The notes beneath the pieces were generated by a model. That model had not been told where the DNA came from. It was given only the letters and a program-made list of their open reading frames with translations, and searched no databases. Both the position numbers and the translations under genes were made by a program. From IMG/VR virus record IMGVR_UViG_3300009296_000199: a DNA stretch of 64,000 nucleotides; one strand, written 5' to 3'. The stretch comes from a virus. Below are positions 62,470 to 64,000 of this stretch, one piece after another (position 1 is the stretch's first letter; each line of letters begins with the position of its first letter).

Positions 62470-63099
62470 TTAGTTGACGGCGTCCATCTTTCTTATCACC
62501 CTGACGACCTTGCCTTGAATTTTGAACTCGCCGCCCTTCACGACGACGGGCGACATCGCTCGGTTGGCTGGCTCTAGTCGAACTTTTTTGCCTTGGCGGT
62601 AGAACCGTTTCAAGGTGGCCTCGTTTTCTATAAGGGCTACGACCACGTCGCCATTCTCCACGACCGGCTGTTTGCGGACGATCACGAAATCGCCGTCCAG
62701 GATTCCGGCATCGATCATGCTCTGCCCCGCGACTCGAAGGGCGAATCCTTTGGCCCCGTTGAGAAGGGTCCTCTCCACTGTAATCGTCCCTGAGTGGTTC
62801 TCGATGGCCTCTATTGGCCCGCCGGCGGCGATGACGCCGAGTACGGGCAATTCCTCGCAGCTGCAGCCGAGCGCTTGATCGCCCACGGTCAGCGACCGCG
62901 CGCCGAGAGAGCCGCGGCGAATCATGCCCTTCTGTTCCAGTTCCCGCATCAAGTAGAAGCCGGTCGAACTCGCAATGTTCATTTCTTTCGCGAGCTCGCG
63001 GACGGTCGGCGGCATGCCATGATGCGCGATGAAATTGCGGATTGCCCGCAAGGCCTCTTCTTGACGAGGCGTAAGTCCGGTGGAGCGTGGTCGAGCCAT
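62470..63099 (-). CDS. lexA: LexA-like SOS-cleavable repressor
   Basis: LTPRQ..PPTVREL wHTH; IAAGGP cleavage site; VAGQSM (Ser); ATLKRF (Lys). Confidence 0.92.
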   Translation of the reverse strand: MARPRSTGLTPRQEEALRAIRNFIAHHGMPPTVRELAKEMNIASSTGFYLMRELEQKGMIRRGSLGARSLTVGDQALGCSCEELPVLGVIAAGGPIEAIENHSGTITVERTLLNGAKGFALRVAGQSMIDAGILDGDFVIVRKQPVVENGDVVVALIENEATLKRFYRQGKKVRLEPANRAMSPVVVKGGEFKIQGKVVRVIRKMDAVN

Positions 63100-63213
63100 G
63101 ATTGTCCTTTTTCTTCTCAGGTCGCTGGGAATTTCGCCGTGACGAAGAGAATCGGCAGGGGCCTTGAGAAAGAGGGGTATTTTATCACGTACGAGCGTGC
63201 GAGGTCAAATCTC

Positions 63214-63238
63214 CGTCGAGCAACTGTCGTCGAGCAAC
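63214..63238. repeat. 11-bp direct repeat in the lexA/recombinase divergent intergenic region
   Basis: CGTCGAGCAAC at 63214-63224 and 63228-63238. Confidence 0.55.
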
Positions 63239-63286
63239 GTCGGCGATGTCACGGTGCCACTGGCATTAGGGGCCTTTCTCATATGG

Positions 63287-63466
63287 ATGGCGAATTATCG
63301 CCTGCATATGCATCCCGACGACATGACGCCGGAAGAACGGCTGGAGCGAGTGATCGAACTCCTGGCCCTTGCATCAGTGCGCCTGGCCGAAGATGAGGCT
63401 GGCGTGGCAATCCCACCCGATGCTCTACCGCAGAAAGGCCTTGATTCTTCGGGGAAGTCCGTATAA
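63287..63466 (+). CDS. small hypothetical protein upstream of the recombinase
   Basis: PDDMTPEERLERVIELLALASVRL; start uncertain. Confidence 0.55.
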   Translation: MANYRLHMHPDDMTPEERLERVIELLALASVRLAEDEAGVAIPPDALPQKGLDSSGKSV

Positions 63467-63544
63467 GCTCGGCTCCTGAGAGGCCGCGCCCGTCGGTGAT
63501 TCGCCTTGATGACGCGGCGGGAAGGAAGGTAAGAATTGGACAAG

Positions 63545-64000
63545 ATGCCCACTGACAGCGCGCGCGTGGCTGGACGAGAAAAAGAAAAGCAACTCGTCTG
63601 CGCCATCTACACTCGCAAATCGACCGATGAGAACCTGAACTCCGGTTTCACGTCTCTCGATTCGCAACGCGAGTACTGCCAGGCGTTCATCAAGAGCCGG
63701 GAGGGCGAGGGCTGGCGGCTGTACCCCGAGGACTATACCGATCCCGGTTTCTCGGGCGGGAACATCAATCGCCCCGCACTCCGCAAGCTACTCTCCGATG
63801 CCCGCCAGGGCAAGTTCCAGGCGGTGGTCTGCTATAAGTACGACCGTCTCAGCCGCAATACTAAAGACTTCCTCCATATTCTGGATACCTTCGACCGGAA
63901 CGGGGTCGCATTCGTCTCCGTCACCCAGCCCATAGACACCACGTCTTCGGTCGGCCGCCTCATGCGCTCGATTCTCGTCGACTTCTCCCAGTTCGAGCGC
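63545..64000 (+). CDS. large serine recombinase / resolvase domain (5' part, runs off window)
   Basis: Manual translation: AIYTRKST (catalytic Ser), SLDSQR, DPGFSGGNINRPAL, YKYDRLSRN, FSQFER. Absent from the ORF track because there is no stop in the window. Confidence 0.92.
   Translation, partial: MPTDSARVAGREKEKQLVCAIYTRKSTDENLNSGFTSLDSQREYCQAFIKSREGEGWRLYPEDYTDPGFSGGNINRPALRKLLSDARQGKFQAVVCYKYDRLSRNTKDFLHILDTFDRNGVAFVSVTQPIDTTSSVGRLMRSILVDFSQFER

Larger units (their letters stand above)
3520..64000. mobile_element. temperate siphovirus-type prophage (right end beyond window)
   Basis: Complete ordered modules: recombinase, repressor, replication, packaging, head, tail tube and tape measure (no sheath), lysis, cargo. 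Left boundary inferred from the change in gene orientation and content near 3.5 kb; no att repeat visible inside the window. Confidence 0.9.

Noticed and set aside
1-64000. CRISPR array or cas operon
   Set aside because: No regularly spaced repeats seen. The Cas4-like nuclease at 57765-58541 sits in a normal phage recombination module with Sak4-like and DUF669 genes.

Overview
The window is almost entirely one large temperate siphovirus-type prophage, running from about 3.5 kb to beyond the right edge. A separate three-gene methylase/ParB/HEPN operon lies to its left. From right to left the prophage has: a large serine recombinase (cut by the window edge); a LexA-like repressor operon; a replication/recombination block (sigma-like protein, Cas4-like nuclease, Sak4-like ATPase, DUF669, SF2 helicase, split Prim-Pol/SF3 primase-helicase, resolvase); terminase; a portal-MuF fusion; an 802-aa head-operon protein with two complete adenine methyltransferase domains; two integron-type gene cassettes with attC sites; prohead protease; capsid; a duplicated beta-helix spike gene inside the head cluster; tail genes; a lysis cassette; a type II R-M pair; a 10.6-kb coupled operon built round a non-canonical Hsp70/GrpE/J-like/kinase-AAA set; and a left arm of small ORFs with JAB/RadC and a XerD-like recombinase. 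The best candidates for undescribed biology are (1) tandem methyltransferases bracketed by putative prohead-protease sites, suggesting virion-packaged enzymes, (2) the Hsp70-based membrane-linked cargo operon, (3) attC-bounded cassettes inside a prophage, and (4) the methylase-ParB-HEPN operon. All calls come from reading motifs by eye; no database searches were run. No rRNA, tRNA or CRISPR array was seen.
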